Below, piece by piece: positions 19,819 to 29,068 of a stretch of DNA of 64,000 nt. Below the pieces are notes generated by a model. The model did no database searches, was not told where the DNA came from, and saw nothing but the letters and a program-made list of their open reading frames with translations. Source of the DNA: Candidatus Obscuribacteraceae bacterium (GTDB lineage: Bacteria > Cyanobacteriota > Vampirovibrionia > Obscuribacterales > Obscuribacteraceae); assembly GCA_044226015.1 (NCBI GenBank), contig JBGAHS010000012.1:32001-96000 (forward strand), in the 5' to 3' direction. A program made the position numbers and the translations under genes. Position 1 is the first letter of the stretch. Each line of letters opens with the position of its first letter.

Positions 19819-21216
19819 CTATTCGCGGTCTTTCGGACGAAGGAATAGTCTGATAGGAGCACCCTTGAATCCAAACGACTCTCTGATTTTTCTTTCAAGA
19901 TAAGCCATATAGCCGCTTGGAGCTAGTTTGTCATCATTTACCTTTAGCACGAAAGATGGTGGGCAAACTGAGACCTGAGTTGCATAATAGATGCGCAGTC
20001 TGCGCCCGCGCTTACTTGATGGCGGTGGTGTGAGCATTTGTGCATCTTGTATAACTTGGTTGATTGCTGAAGTACCAACGCGTTTTTGTGCTTCGCCGAA
20101 ACAGCGCATTGCAGCTTCCAGAATTTTCTTCACACGCTGCCCGCTTTTCGCTGAGACGAACACCACTTCTGCATATTTCAGATGAGGCAATTCCATTTCG
20201 ACTTTAGCTATGTACTCATTCATTAGTTTGCTCGATTTATTCGAGACAAGATCCCATTTGTTGAAGACAACTACGGCAGGCTTACCAGCATCGATGATTC
20301 GCTGAGCGATTTTTTGATCTTGATCAGCGATTTCTTGAGTTGCGTCCAGCATCATTACTGTAACGTCAGATCTCTCAATTGACTGAAAGGCGCGCACAAC
20401 CGAAAAGGCCTCGACCCCATACTCAACCTTTGAGCGTCTGCGAATTCCTGCCGTATCAATCAATGTGATTTTGCGCTCTTCAAATTCGAAAACGCTGTCG
20501 ACAGAATCACGGGTGGTGCCTGGAATGTCTGTGACGATTGATCTCTCTTTTCCTGTAATCGAATTTACGATTGACGATTTACCTACATTTGGACGTCCCA
20601 CGATGGCGAGAGCGAAGTCTCTTCTTTCTTCTTCCTCTACATTTTGTTCTTCGGGGTAAAGGTGGGCGTATTCGCTTTTCGGTTTGCCGTTTTTCTTGCA
20701 GCCATCTCTCAGGTTAGCTGGCAGCGTTTCAAGAATTTTGTCTAACAAGTCACCGACGCCACCAGTTCCTCTCAGAGCCGAAAGTGAAAGTGGTTCACCT
20801 AAGCCCAGGCTGTAAAAGTCGAGGAGGTTCGATTGGTCTTTTTGATTATCCAACTTGTTGACAGCGAGCAAAACAGGTTTCTTTGAGCGTCTCAGCATGT
20901 TGGCGACATCCTGATCTGCACCTGTGACGCCAGCCTTTCCATCGACCATGAAGACCACTACATCTGACTCTTCGACAGCTTTTTTGACTTGCTCTCGAAC
21001 TTGCCGAGTGATTTCTTCATTGGAATCAGGTAATAATCCGCCCGTATCTACGAGCAAAAATTCGTGACCTGACCAATCACAATCTCGATAGATGCGGTCG
21101 CGCGTTACTCCAGGGCTATCATAAACAATAGCCTCGCGTCCGCCGACGCAGCGATTGAAAAATGTCGATTTACCGACGTTTGGTCGTCCAACGATGACAA
21201 TTATGGGCTTGATCAT
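19819..21216 (-). CDS. der: Ribosome biogenesis GTPase Der (EngA)
   Basis: Two GRPNVGKS G-domains, DTGG/DTAG, NKLD/NKWD, C-terminal KH-like domain. Confidence 0.97.
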   Translation of the reverse strand: MIKPIIVIVGRPNVGKSTFFNRCVGGREAIVYDSPGVTRDRIYRDCDWSGHEFLLVDTGGLLPDSNEEITRQVREQVKKAVEESDVVVFMVDGKAGVTGADQDVANMLRRSKKPVLLAVNKLDNQKDQSNLLDFYSLGLGEPLSLSALRGTGGVGDLLDKILETLPANLRDGCKKNGKPKSEYAHLYPEEQNVEEEERRDFALAIVGRPNVGKSSIVNSITGKERSIVTDIPGTTRDSVDSVFEFEERKITLIDTAGIRRRSKVEYGVEAFSVVRAFQSIERSDVTVMMLDATQEIADQDQKIAQRIIDAGKPAVVVFNKWDLVSNKSSKLMNEYIAKVEMELPHLKYAEVVFVSAKSGQRVKKILEAAMRCFGEAQKRVGTSAINQVIQDAQMLTPPPSSKRGRRLRIYYATQVSVCPPSFVLKVNDDKLAPSGYMAYLERKIRESFGFKGAPIRLFLRPKDRE

Positions 21217-21304
21217 ACGGGTGTACCCCCGCAGAGAATGGTAGCACGCTATTCTTGCATTCGCCTTAGCCTGCTATCACTGTGTTTACGCCTATTTGAG
21301 GACT

Positions 21305-24300
21305 TTACTTCTTGTCCTTGTTGTCTTTCCCACCATGATCGCCCTTGGAGCCGAAGACCTTGCCAAGCTTTGGAGCCTGTGCATCGAGGTATCGCACTAG
21401 CGTATCTTTAGCATTATTAAGATACATGGCCATTTCAGTGTCGCCACCCGTATCAGGATGGACACCCGGTTTTGCCATTTCACGCTTCCATGCCTCCAGA
21501 ACCGCTGCCTTGCTGAGGTCTTCAGGTCTCAAGCCGAGTAGTTTGCAAGCTCTGCGAATGTCAGGAGCTACGACGCGAGGCATGTTTGCATGTTCATTGG
21601 TAGCCTGATGTTTTCCACCAACAAATTTGCGATTTACTTTACCGTCATCGCTAGCTGCCGCTTCCTCATGTTTATGCAATCTGCCTTGAACCAGATTGCG
21701 CAATTCATTGGGATCGAATTTTTGTGCCGGCGGTTTTTCCTCTTCGATTTCTTCGTCGTAATCTTCTTGAGCATTACCAGCGAATCCTGAGGAATCATCA
21801 AAATTCACTGTTGACGGATCTCCGAATCCACCACTAGTGCCAGCATCCATTGATGATTGAAATGCAACTCCTGGGTCTTGTTCTTGTCCATGACTTTGCG
21901 ATTCACTGCCATGTCCATAATCTGAACTCGCGTATCCTGACTCGTTGTTGTAGCCGTACTGACCTGCATTCGGCTCGGCACCCGTGCTGTAATCTGGAGC
22001 ATATCCGCTTTGATCGCCATATGCGTTGGGATCCTGTGAGTACGCGTTGGGATCCTGCGAGTACGCGTTGGGATCCTGCGAGTACGCGTTGGGATCCTGC
22101 GAGTATGCACTGGGATCCTGCGAGTATGCACTGGGATCCTGCGAGTACGCGTTGGGATCCTGCGAGTATGCGTTGGGATCTTGCGAGTATGCGTTGGGAT
22201 CCTGCGAGTATGCATTGGGATCCTGCGAGTACGCGTTGGGATCCTGTGAGTACGCGTTGGGATCCTGCGAGTAAGCGTTGGGATCCTGCGAGTAAGCGTT
22301 GGGGTCCTGCGAGTAAGCGTTGGGATCTTGTGAGTACGTGTTGGGATCCTGCGAGTACGCGTTGGGATCCTGCGAGTATGCGTTGGGATCCTGCGAGTAC
22401 GCGTTGGGATCCTGCGAGTACGCGTTGGGATCCTGCGAGTACTCATTTTGTGCTGGAGCTTCATCAGCTCCAAAGAAACTTGAATCCATGTAGTTGGGAA
22501 CTGCGAATCCCTGTGTCTCTGCCTGGTTGTCCTCAGCTGTCCAAGTGCCACCAGCAGTCGATTCTTGTTGAGTTTCATCACTTAGCTGGGGCTCAAAAAG
22601 TCCTTCGCTGAGAGGTTCTTGAATCGAAGTGTCGTCAAACAATCTCTCATCTGTAGAGACCATATCTGGGTTGACGTCACTCTCGGAGTGTAACTTCGGT
22701 GGTGAAGAAGGGCTCACGAGGAAGTCTGCCATCTCGCTGACTGCTTGAGGGTCAACAGTGTGGGCTGCATGTTCAGCTGCCTGAGTGAGTTCTTCCGCGA
22801 TGGGCTCGAAACTTACTTGCTCTTCGAATGTAACCTCTTCGGCTGGATGAGTTGAATCATCCATAATAGTGTCAATATCGGAGCCATCGATAGTGGCACC
22901 ATCTACGGTGCCACCTTCCGCACTGATACCTTCAACTTCAGGTGAATGGTAAGCAGGTAATTCGTTGGAGAATTCTTCTTGGTGATGCTCCATCGAGGGT
23001 GAAGGCTCGTCGGCTTCAAACTCACCAATAAAATTGCTGGCTTCAGGCGTATGTGCTACAGGACCCAGCTCAGCTTTAGCTGCTTCATAGCCTTGTTGCC
23101 AGAAGTCTTGCTGCGATTCTGCAAGACTTTGTTCAAGTTCGGCACGAGCAGCATCAAAGCCTTTTCGCCATTCCTCTTGAAGTGTATCGGGTGCGACCTG
23201 ATTTTGCTCAAGCTCAGCGCGGGCAGCGTCAAAACCTTTCTGCCACTCTTCTTTCATGAGTTCTTGCGAAGGAGCTGCATTCTTTTCGAACTCAGATTTT
23301 GCTGAGTCAAATCCTTTCTGCCACTCTAACTTCAGAAGCTCTTCAGACGGATTCGCTGCTGATTGCTTTTGTTCCTTTTGCAGTTCCTCTCTTGCTTCTT
23401 CGAACGCTTTCTTTTTGATTTCCTCGCGTTCTTTGGCAAAGGATTCTTCAAGTTCCATCTGAGCGAGTTGGTAGCCTTCTTCGAAGGCGTTGTCTCCCGA
23501 GGGGACTTCTTTGGCTTCTCTTTCCTTTTCTTTCTCTCTGTTCTTAAACTCCAGTGCCGCCGTGTCGTAACCTTCGTTCCACCACTCGTCGCGCACCTTC
23601 TTCATTTCTTCTTCAAATTCTGATTTGGCTGCGTTGTAGCCATCATCGTAGCTGCCTGAAACTGCAGCCTTCTCTTCAAGCTCGCGCTTGGCTGTTTCGT
23701 AGCCTTGTTGCCATGACGCTTTACCTGATTCCGCCAACTCTTCTTCGAGTTCATTTTTCGCAGCATCGTAGCCATCTTTCCATGATGCCTTGTTGGCGCT
23801 GGCTATTTCATCTTCGAGTTCTGCTCTTGCAAGGTCATAGCCTTCTTGTTTCGCTTTTTTAGCTGCTTCCTCTATGTCTCCAGCCAGATCTTTTTTCGCT
23901 GACTCAAAACCTTGCTGCCAGGAAGCCTTACCTGAGTCGGCGAGTTCTTCCTCAAGTTCATTCTTTGCAGACTCATAACCTTCTTTCCAGGCTTGCTCTT
24001 TAACGCTGCCGTACTGCTCTTCTAACTCGAGCCTTGCAGATTCGTAGCCTTCTTTCCAGCTTTCAGCAGGCGTTCTAGTAAGTTCGGCAGTGTTCACATC
24101 TTCAGCAAATGGCCATGGTCCTTGCTCAACGCTTGCTTTGCCAGCTTCTAAACCCTTCTGGTAGGAGTCTTCCAGAGCCTGTTTCATCTCTTCTTCGAGA
24201 CCCTGCTCGAGGTCTAATTTTGCTGAACTAATACCTTTTTGGAACGCTTCAGTCGCTTTTTTCTCGCTTTCACTATTTGCAGCTTCGAAACCTTTTAAAT

Positions 24301-24772
24301 AGGATTCTTCGGCTGCCTTGTAGACAGCAGATTCTAATTCTTGCTTACCAGCCTGATTGCCTTGTTCATAAGAGTCTTGAATGCTAAGTGCTAGCACCTG
24401 ATTAGCGGCTTCGAGTTCTTTGATTTGTTTAGTAAGTGATTTGTTTCGTTCTTTAAATGCCGCTAGCTCTTCGGATATCTGGTCAATCAGGTCCGAATCT
24501 GATGACTCTTGTGCTTTAACAAGCTCCTCGCTTAGTTCATCGACTCTTCGCAAAAGTCGATCGTATTCTGCGGCAACTATGCCGTGAACGTCACCTCTTG
24601 CATACGAAAGCATCTGCATCGTTTCGGCATCGCCGATGATTTGCTTGTAATCGACGCCAAGCTCTACCGCAAGAGAATAAGGATTTAGGTCAGCCCCCCG
24701 TTTCTGAAGGGATTCCAGAGCGGCTACTGCCTTGTCTCTGTTTATTTCACCCATAACGACTCCATCAGCCAT
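21305..24772 (-). CDS. Large acidic repeat protein with C-terminal J-domain
   Basis: HTH-like N-terminus, coiled coil, about 17 [WYF]xxG[YF]xxA-type repeats, 20 heptads, VHPDTGG. Confidence 0.85.
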   Translation of the reverse strand: MADGVVMGEINRDKAVAALESLQKRGADLNPYSLAVELGVDYKQIIGDAETMQMLSYARGDVHGIVAAEYDRLLRRVDELSEELVKAQESSDSDLIDQISEELAAFKERNKSLTKQIKELEAANQVLALSIQDSYEQGNQAGKQELESAVYKAAEESYLKGFEAANSESEKKATEAFQKGISSAKLDLEQGLEEEMKQALEDSYQKGLEAGKASVEQGPWPFAEDVNTAELTRTPAESWKEGYESARLELEEQYGSVKEQAWKEGYESAKNELEEELADSGKASWQQGFESAKKDLAGDIEEAAKKAKQEGYDLARAELEDEIASANKASWKDGYDAAKNELEEELAESGKASWQQGYETAKRELEEKAAVSGSYDDGYNAAKSEFEEEMKKVRDEWWNEGYDTAALEFKNREKEKEREAKEVPSGDNAFEEGYQLAQMELEESFAKEREEIKKKAFEEAREELQKEQKQSAANPSEELLKLEWQKGFDSAKSEFEKNAAPSQELMKEEWQKGFDAARAELEQNQVAPDTLQEEWRKGFDAARAELEQSLAESQQDFWQQGYEAAKAELGPVAHTPEASNFIGEFEADEPSPSMEHHQEEFSNELPAYHSPEVEGISAEGGTVDGATIDGSDIDTIMDDSTHPAEEVTFEEQVSFEPIAEELTQAAEHAAHTVDPQAVSEMADFLVSPSSPPKLHSESDVNPDMVSTDERLFDDTSIQEPLSEGLFEPQLSDETQQESTAGGTWTAEDNQAETQGFAVPNYMDSSFFGADEAPAQNEYSQDPNAYSQDPNAYSQDPNAYSQDPNAYSQDPNTYSQDPNAYSQDPNAYSQDPNAYSQDPNAYSQDPNAYSQDPNAYSQDPNAYSQDPNAYSQDPNAYSQDPSAYSQDPSAYSQDPNAYSQDPNAYSQDPNAYSQDPNAYGDQSGYAPDYSTGAEPNAGQYGYNNESGYASSDYGHGSESQSHGQEQDPGVAFQSSMDAGTSGGFGDPSTVNFDDSSGFAGNAQEDYDEEIEEEKPPAQKFDPNELRNLVQGRLHKHEEAAASDDGKVNRKFVGGKHQATNEHANMPRVVAPDIRRACKLLGLRPEDLSKAAVLEAWKREMAKPGVHPDTGGDTEMAMYLNNAKDTLVRYLDAQAPKLGKVFGSKGDHGGKDNKDKK
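22022..22441 (-). repeat. 20 x 21-bp coding tandem repeat (YSQDPNA)
   Basis: Unit TACTCGCAGGATCCCAACGCG (minus strand); variation mostly synonymous; three variant units (one T, two S). Confidence 0.97.
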
Positions 24773-24963
24773 TTATGCTGTCAGTCTCCAAACCAGCCCA
24801 TTTTCTGGATATACCCGGCCTCTGAAGACGATTAAATCTCACAGCGAAAATTGCTGCGAAATTCACCTTAATTTATCTCATTTACTTGCGCTCGTCTCTC
24901 ATGACAATAAAATCTGCCATGCCTTCATTAATTGTCGAAACATCTGTCGAAACTCTTGCGTGG

Positions 24964-25242
24964 CTAATATCGCAAGATTTCGAAGCGGGAATATGAGGGG
25001 TCGATTTGCTCAATCCAGACCAGTTCGACATCGTCGACTCGCGCCGAGGGAGGACCCTTCTTGCACCATATAATGAGACTTTCAAGCTGCTCTTCTGGTC
25101 CTTGAGCTTCAACTTTAACAGAGCCATCGTCCTGATTTGCTACCCAACCAGTAAGTCCGAGCAAGCGAGCCTGGTCTGCGGTGCTCTGGCGGAAGAACAC
25201 GCCCTGAACGCGGCCCGTCACTCTCAAGCTGACTCTTTTCAT
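24964..25242 (-). CDS. acyP: Acylphosphatase
   Basis: GRVQGVFFR, GWVANQDDGSV, KGPPSARV. Confidence 0.95.
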   Translation of the reverse strand: MKRVSLRVTGRVQGVFFRQSTADQARLLGLTGWVANQDDGSVKVEAQGPEEQLESLIIWCKKGPPSARVDDVELVWIEQIDPSYSRFEILRY

Positions 25243-25244
25243 TC

Positions 25245-27269
25245 TTAGGTCAATCGTCTGGAACCAGGTCCTTCAAAAAGCTTGTAAGCCTCTTTGACCA
25301 TGGTTGAGTCGCCTACCTCATCTGGGTTAGCTCCAAGAGACGGGCGAGGCGGTTGTGAGGTCTGCTCCCCCGGAGAAGGAGCAGTCGCTGCAGCACTAGA
25401 CTGCTGGACCGGAGGCGCTTCACCTGAAGGTCTGGGCATCGGCGCTGACGTTCTGGCAGCCGCCGAACTAGACTTTTTTGCTGGGGCTGTTTGCTCCGCA
25501 ACCTTTATTTTGATCTGCATCTCAGTGCCCGTAACTGCTTTTGCGGCAGCCTTGATGTGATCCATCTTGCTCTCGAGCATCTTCTGCAAATTATCTTTGA
25601 GAACGCCCACATTTAGCTCTTTTCCAGATGTGCTTAGTGGAAACGCGTGCGTTGAAGTCAGGCTGAAAGTTGGCAGATGCCTGCGCTGAAGTTCATCCAG
25701 AATTTGCTGCCAGAGATATTCGATGTCATTGCTGAAGTCACCGCCTTGCGGTGCGGCAGCGGACTCACCGGCTTCTGAATAATCATCCTGATAGGCTGCT
25801 TCATCGTTTGCCGTGCCTTGAGATTGAGCTGCAACAGCTGGCTCTGCCTGTGTTGGTTCGCTCGCCGTTGGTGCATGTGGCGCCTGCGCTGCTGCTTGAT
25901 GAGCTTCTGGCGAAATGTGTTGTGCTGGTGGTGGAACCGCAGCCATAGGACGTTGCGGTGGTGCAGCCGGCTGGCTCGGAGCATGTGACTGAGCAGGCGC
26001 CGGTGCCGGAAGGACTCGCGCCTGCACGTGATGACTTGCACGAGCGGCGCCGCTGTCGAAGTTAGCACCCTGTGCAACCATTTCTTCCAGCTTAGAAACA
26101 CGTTCAACTAGATCTTTTACGAGGTGAATGTCGTGACGATGGCAAAGTCCGAGCAATCCTACTTCGAGGTGCATAGCTGGTTGACTGCTTCGTCTGCAGG
26201 TTTGCTCGAGTCTGTCGATTGACTCAACGATTTGACTGAGCTCTGCTCTTTCAAATTGACTCTGTTGATCGAGCAGTCCAGAGATATAATCTTTCGAACC
26301 CAGCACGACTCCTGCTAGTGCAAGATCATCTTGTTTAGCGGCAGCCAGGTATGAGGCTTTCATCATGTTTAGGAAATGCTGTGAGAGTTCCTGAAGCACC
26401 ACCTGTGGTTCGCGCCCCTCTCCCAGTAATTTGCTAACCGATTCAATGACCGAATTGCCTTCACGTTTTGCGATTTGTTCACTTATTCTGAGCAAGACGT
26501 CTTCATGCAGCGCACCGAGCAATCTCAGTAAATCGTTTACCGAAGCTGGTTTTCCCGTGCTTGATAGAAGGCTCGCCTGGTCAAGATTGCTTAAAGCATC
26601 ACGCAGCCCGCCTCCCGACCTGCGAGCGATTAGCGAAATAGCATCATCTTCGATTTCGATGCTTTCTTTGTCTGCTACGCTGCGAAGGTGTTTCGTCAGA
26701 GCTTCCTGGTTTATTAGCTTGAACATCAGTCTCTGGCAACGACTTACGATTGTCGGCAAAACTTTATGTTCTTCCGTTGTTGCCAGAATAAACACCACCC
26801 CTGGTGGCGGTTGTTCGATTGTTTTTAGAAGCGCGTTGAACGCTTCCTTTGTGAGCATGTGGCACTCGTCTATAATGTAGACTTTGAATTCGCCGCCGAC
26901 AGCTTTAAGCGGGGCTCGTTCAATCAGCATACGAGCATCATCAACGCTGTTGTTTGACGCAGCGTCGATCTCAAAAACAGCCGGAGAGTTGCCTGCTGTA
27001 ATTTCAAGGCAACAGGTGCAGGTCTGGCAGGGTTTCACTACTGGTTTGCCTGTCGACTTACAGTTTAGTGACTTTGCCAATATTCTTGCGCTGGAGGTTT
27101 TTCCGGTTCCTCTAGGTCCCGTGAAAAGATAGGCATGAGTTAGACGATTGTTCTCGATTGCATTCACAAGAGTGCGATAAACGCCCTCCTGTCCGACCAA
27201 CTCCTCAAGAGCTTGTGGTCGATATTTGAGATACAAGGGTTCGTGACGCTTGAACGGCGACTCTTGCAC
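25245..27269 (-). CDS. dnaX: DNA polymerase III subunit gamma/tau
   Basis: KYRP, GPRGTGKTS, Zn cysteines, EIDAAS, IIDECHML, SRC; Pro/Ala linker and tau C-terminal domain. Confidence 0.97.
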   Translation of the reverse strand: MQESPFKRHEPLYLKYRPQALEELVGQEGVYRTLVNAIENNRLTHAYLFTGPRGTGKTSSARILAKSLNCKSTGKPVVKPCQTCTCCLEITAGNSPAVFEIDAASNNSVDDARMLIERAPLKAVGGEFKVYIIDECHMLTKEAFNALLKTIEQPPPGVVFILATTEEHKVLPTIVSRCQRLMFKLINQEALTKHLRSVADKESIEIEDDAISLIARRSGGGLRDALSNLDQASLLSSTGKPASVNDLLRLLGALHEDVLLRISEQIAKREGNSVIESVSKLLGEGREPQVVLQELSQHFLNMMKASYLAAAKQDDLALAGVVLGSKDYISGLLDQQSQFERAELSQIVESIDRLEQTCRRSSQPAMHLEVGLLGLCHRHDIHLVKDLVERVSKLEEMVAQGANFDSGAARASHHVQARVLPAPAPAQSHAPSQPAAPPQRPMAAVPPPAQHISPEAHQAAAQAPHAPTASEPTQAEPAVAAQSQGTANDEAAYQDDYSEAGESAAAPQGGDFSNDIEYLWQQILDELQRRHLPTFSLTSTHAFPLSTSGKELNVGVLKDNLQKMLESKMDHIKAAAKAVTGTEMQIKIKVAEQTAPAKKSSSAAARTSAPMPRPSGEAPPVQQSSAAATAPSPGEQTSQPPRPSLGANPDEVGDSTMVKEAYKLFEGPGSRRLT
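25439..25497 (-). promoter_or_regulatory. Putative -1 programmed ribosomal frameshift signal in dnaX
   Basis: GGAG (25497-25494), in-frame A_AAA_AAG (25479-25473), 6-nt spacer, 9-bp hairpin (25466-25439), -1 frame TAG at 25470-25468. Confidence 0.55.
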
Positions 27270-27418
27270 GATTCCTCCAGCCTTCCCATTAAGGATGTAT
27301 ATGCAATGGCTATCTGTCGCATATAAATTGCGCCGGAAGCCAGATGCTACTCATGAAAATACTATCCTAATTTAGTGCTGCTGATTCTCATCAGAAGCGA
27401 ATTTTTATAGTATTCGGA

Positions 27419-29068
27419 TCACTTGACAGAAAAAATCAGAACACTAACAACTTGAGGAGAAGACTCCGCGGTTCGTGCCAGTTGAAATCCGACCTGGCTT
27501 ATTGGATAGATATAGTTCTTGCTACTGCCCCCTGGTTCTGGCAAGAGGAAAGCGGGTTCACCGAAGCGCTCTTTGACATTTTCAAGCTTATCGCCAGGTG
27601 ACACGCCAAAATCGGTGCCAATCAGGCTTGAGTCAAAAATACGAATAGCCTCGAGCGTTCCCTTCCGGAAGTAAAGTTGAAGAGCTTCTTTGCCATCGCT
27701 ATGTTTTTTCGACCAGGAGTAGACTGTCCAGTTTTTTACTTTGTGCTGTCTCAGCTTCCCAATTTGCCCTATGCTCGAAACCACTTGAGGTTCAGATTTG
27801 CCGAGAGTGACGTTGCCCAGCGGTATGCCTGTCACCACATTCGGCGGCAACATTGCAACTTTGTCTTTTCCTGCCGAGAGGCTGTCGGAGTCCGAGTATT
27901 TTGCCCTAGCTCTGCTTGAGAGTGTGCCATTGACTGAGCTAAGCTCAGAATTTAGAGCGATTCTCTTCTTGCTGCTCTCTTTTTCTCCATAGGCTTGTTG
28001 TTCGGGAGCCTCTCGAAAGTCGCGGACAACAGGCTTCTCGTCGAGTATCGCGATTTCCCGTGAGTCCATCTTGTTCTTGGTGGTTTTCAATTCTGCGACT
28101 CTGTTTGCATTTTGAGCCAAAGATTGAACTTCATCTAGTCGTTTGCCCAAGCCGTACAATTTGTTTACAGAGGTGGCAAGCGGTAAAACTCTTCTTTGGG
28201 TGGGTGCTCCTCCTGCGGCGTCACCTGCGTCACCTAGAAGACTGTCGGATAATGCACCGGCACCGCCTGGTGCAGTCCCGCCGTAAGCTGAAGTAGAGCT
28301 GCTGCTGCTGGCTTGTGACAACATCGCGCCACGTTGATAGCCCATCGAGTTCTTTCTGGGGCTGCTTACGCTTGCGGGGAAGTTTGTACTCTCCTCCCAT
28401 ACTCCCGGTTTTGCTGGTGCGTCTGCAAGTAGAAGATTTCCTGCATCTGGTTTGATTTTTGCGGAACCCCGCCATTGTTCTGTGGCTGCAAATCCTTCTG
28501 CCGCCATCTCGGATTTCGCAGATTGGCGCATGTTAAGGCTGGGCGCTGCCGAAGGTGCCTGGTTCATAAGTTTTGATTCGGGAAGGGCCTGGGCTATTTG
28601 CAAGGATGGCGGAGGAGCTGCGAAAACCTTTCCAGTCTCTTTTGGTCTGATTGCCAGCGAATAATTGGTTTTTTCGTTGAGGCTATTTTGTTGCTTCAAA
28701 TTCTGAGCGATTATTTGCGAGTTCGTAGATTTGGTCAGAGCTACCTGCGGAATGTTCATTACTCGATTGAAAATTGTTTCCAGCAATTGCACACCGGCCT
28801 CAGGCGCTGGTAGATACCCATGCCCAGCGCGTACATATCCGAATGCCTGCATCGAGCGTGTTTCAGAAAGGTCTGCGGGCTGCTGCTGCATGTATGCATC
28901 TGTACTGCGAATACTTCTGTTTTTGGCAGTATTCAGATTTTGCGCATCTCCCGGTGAAAGCAGCACGAAAGGAAGCAATGAACAAGTAGTAAGTGCCACC
29001 GCAGATGGTAGCATCCAATTGCAGTTGCTTGATCTGTTTCGTTTCCCTTCGTGCTTCGAAAAAATCAT
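27419..29068 (-). CDS. Hypothetical exported protein, low-complexity middle, globular C-terminal domain
   Basis: ATG 29068 overlaps the upstream stop (ATGA); hydrophobic N-terminal segment; C-terminal GVSPGDKLENVKERFGEP. Confidence 0.7.
   Translation of the reverse strand: MIFSKHEGKRNRSSNCNWMLPSAVALTTCSLLPFVLLSPGDAQNLNTAKNRSIRSTDAYMQQQPADLSETRSMQAFGYVRAGHGYLPAPEAGVQLLETIFNRVMNIPQVALTKSTNSQIIAQNLKQQNSLNEKTNYSLAIRPKETGKVFAAPPPSLQIAQALPESKLMNQAPSAAPSLNMRQSAKSEMAAEGFAATEQWRGSAKIKPDAGNLLLADAPAKPGVWEESTNFPASVSSPRKNSMGYQRGAMLSQASSSSSTSAYGGTAPGGAGALSDSLLGDAGDAAGGAPTQRRVLPLATSVNKLYGLGKRLDEVQSLAQNANRVAELKTTKNKMDSREIAILDEKPVVRDFREAPEQQAYGEKESSKKRIALNSELSSVNGTLSSRARAKYSDSDSLSAGKDKVAMLPPNVVTGIPLGNVTLGKSEPQVVSSIGQIGKLRQHKVKNWTVYSWSKKHSDGKEALQLYFRKGTLEAIRIFDSSLIGTDFGVSPGDKLENVKERFGEPAFLLPEPGGSSKNYIYPISQVGFQLARTAESSPQVVSVLIFSVK

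Noticed and set aside
22022..22441. Possible CRISPR array
   Set aside because: No unique spacers; in-frame coding repeat.
21805..22611. Long alternative-frame ORFs (258 aa and 253 aa) with RRIPTRT/WDPASTR repeats
   Set aside because: Open only because the 21-bp repeat lacks stops; synonymous variation favours the YSQDPNA frame.
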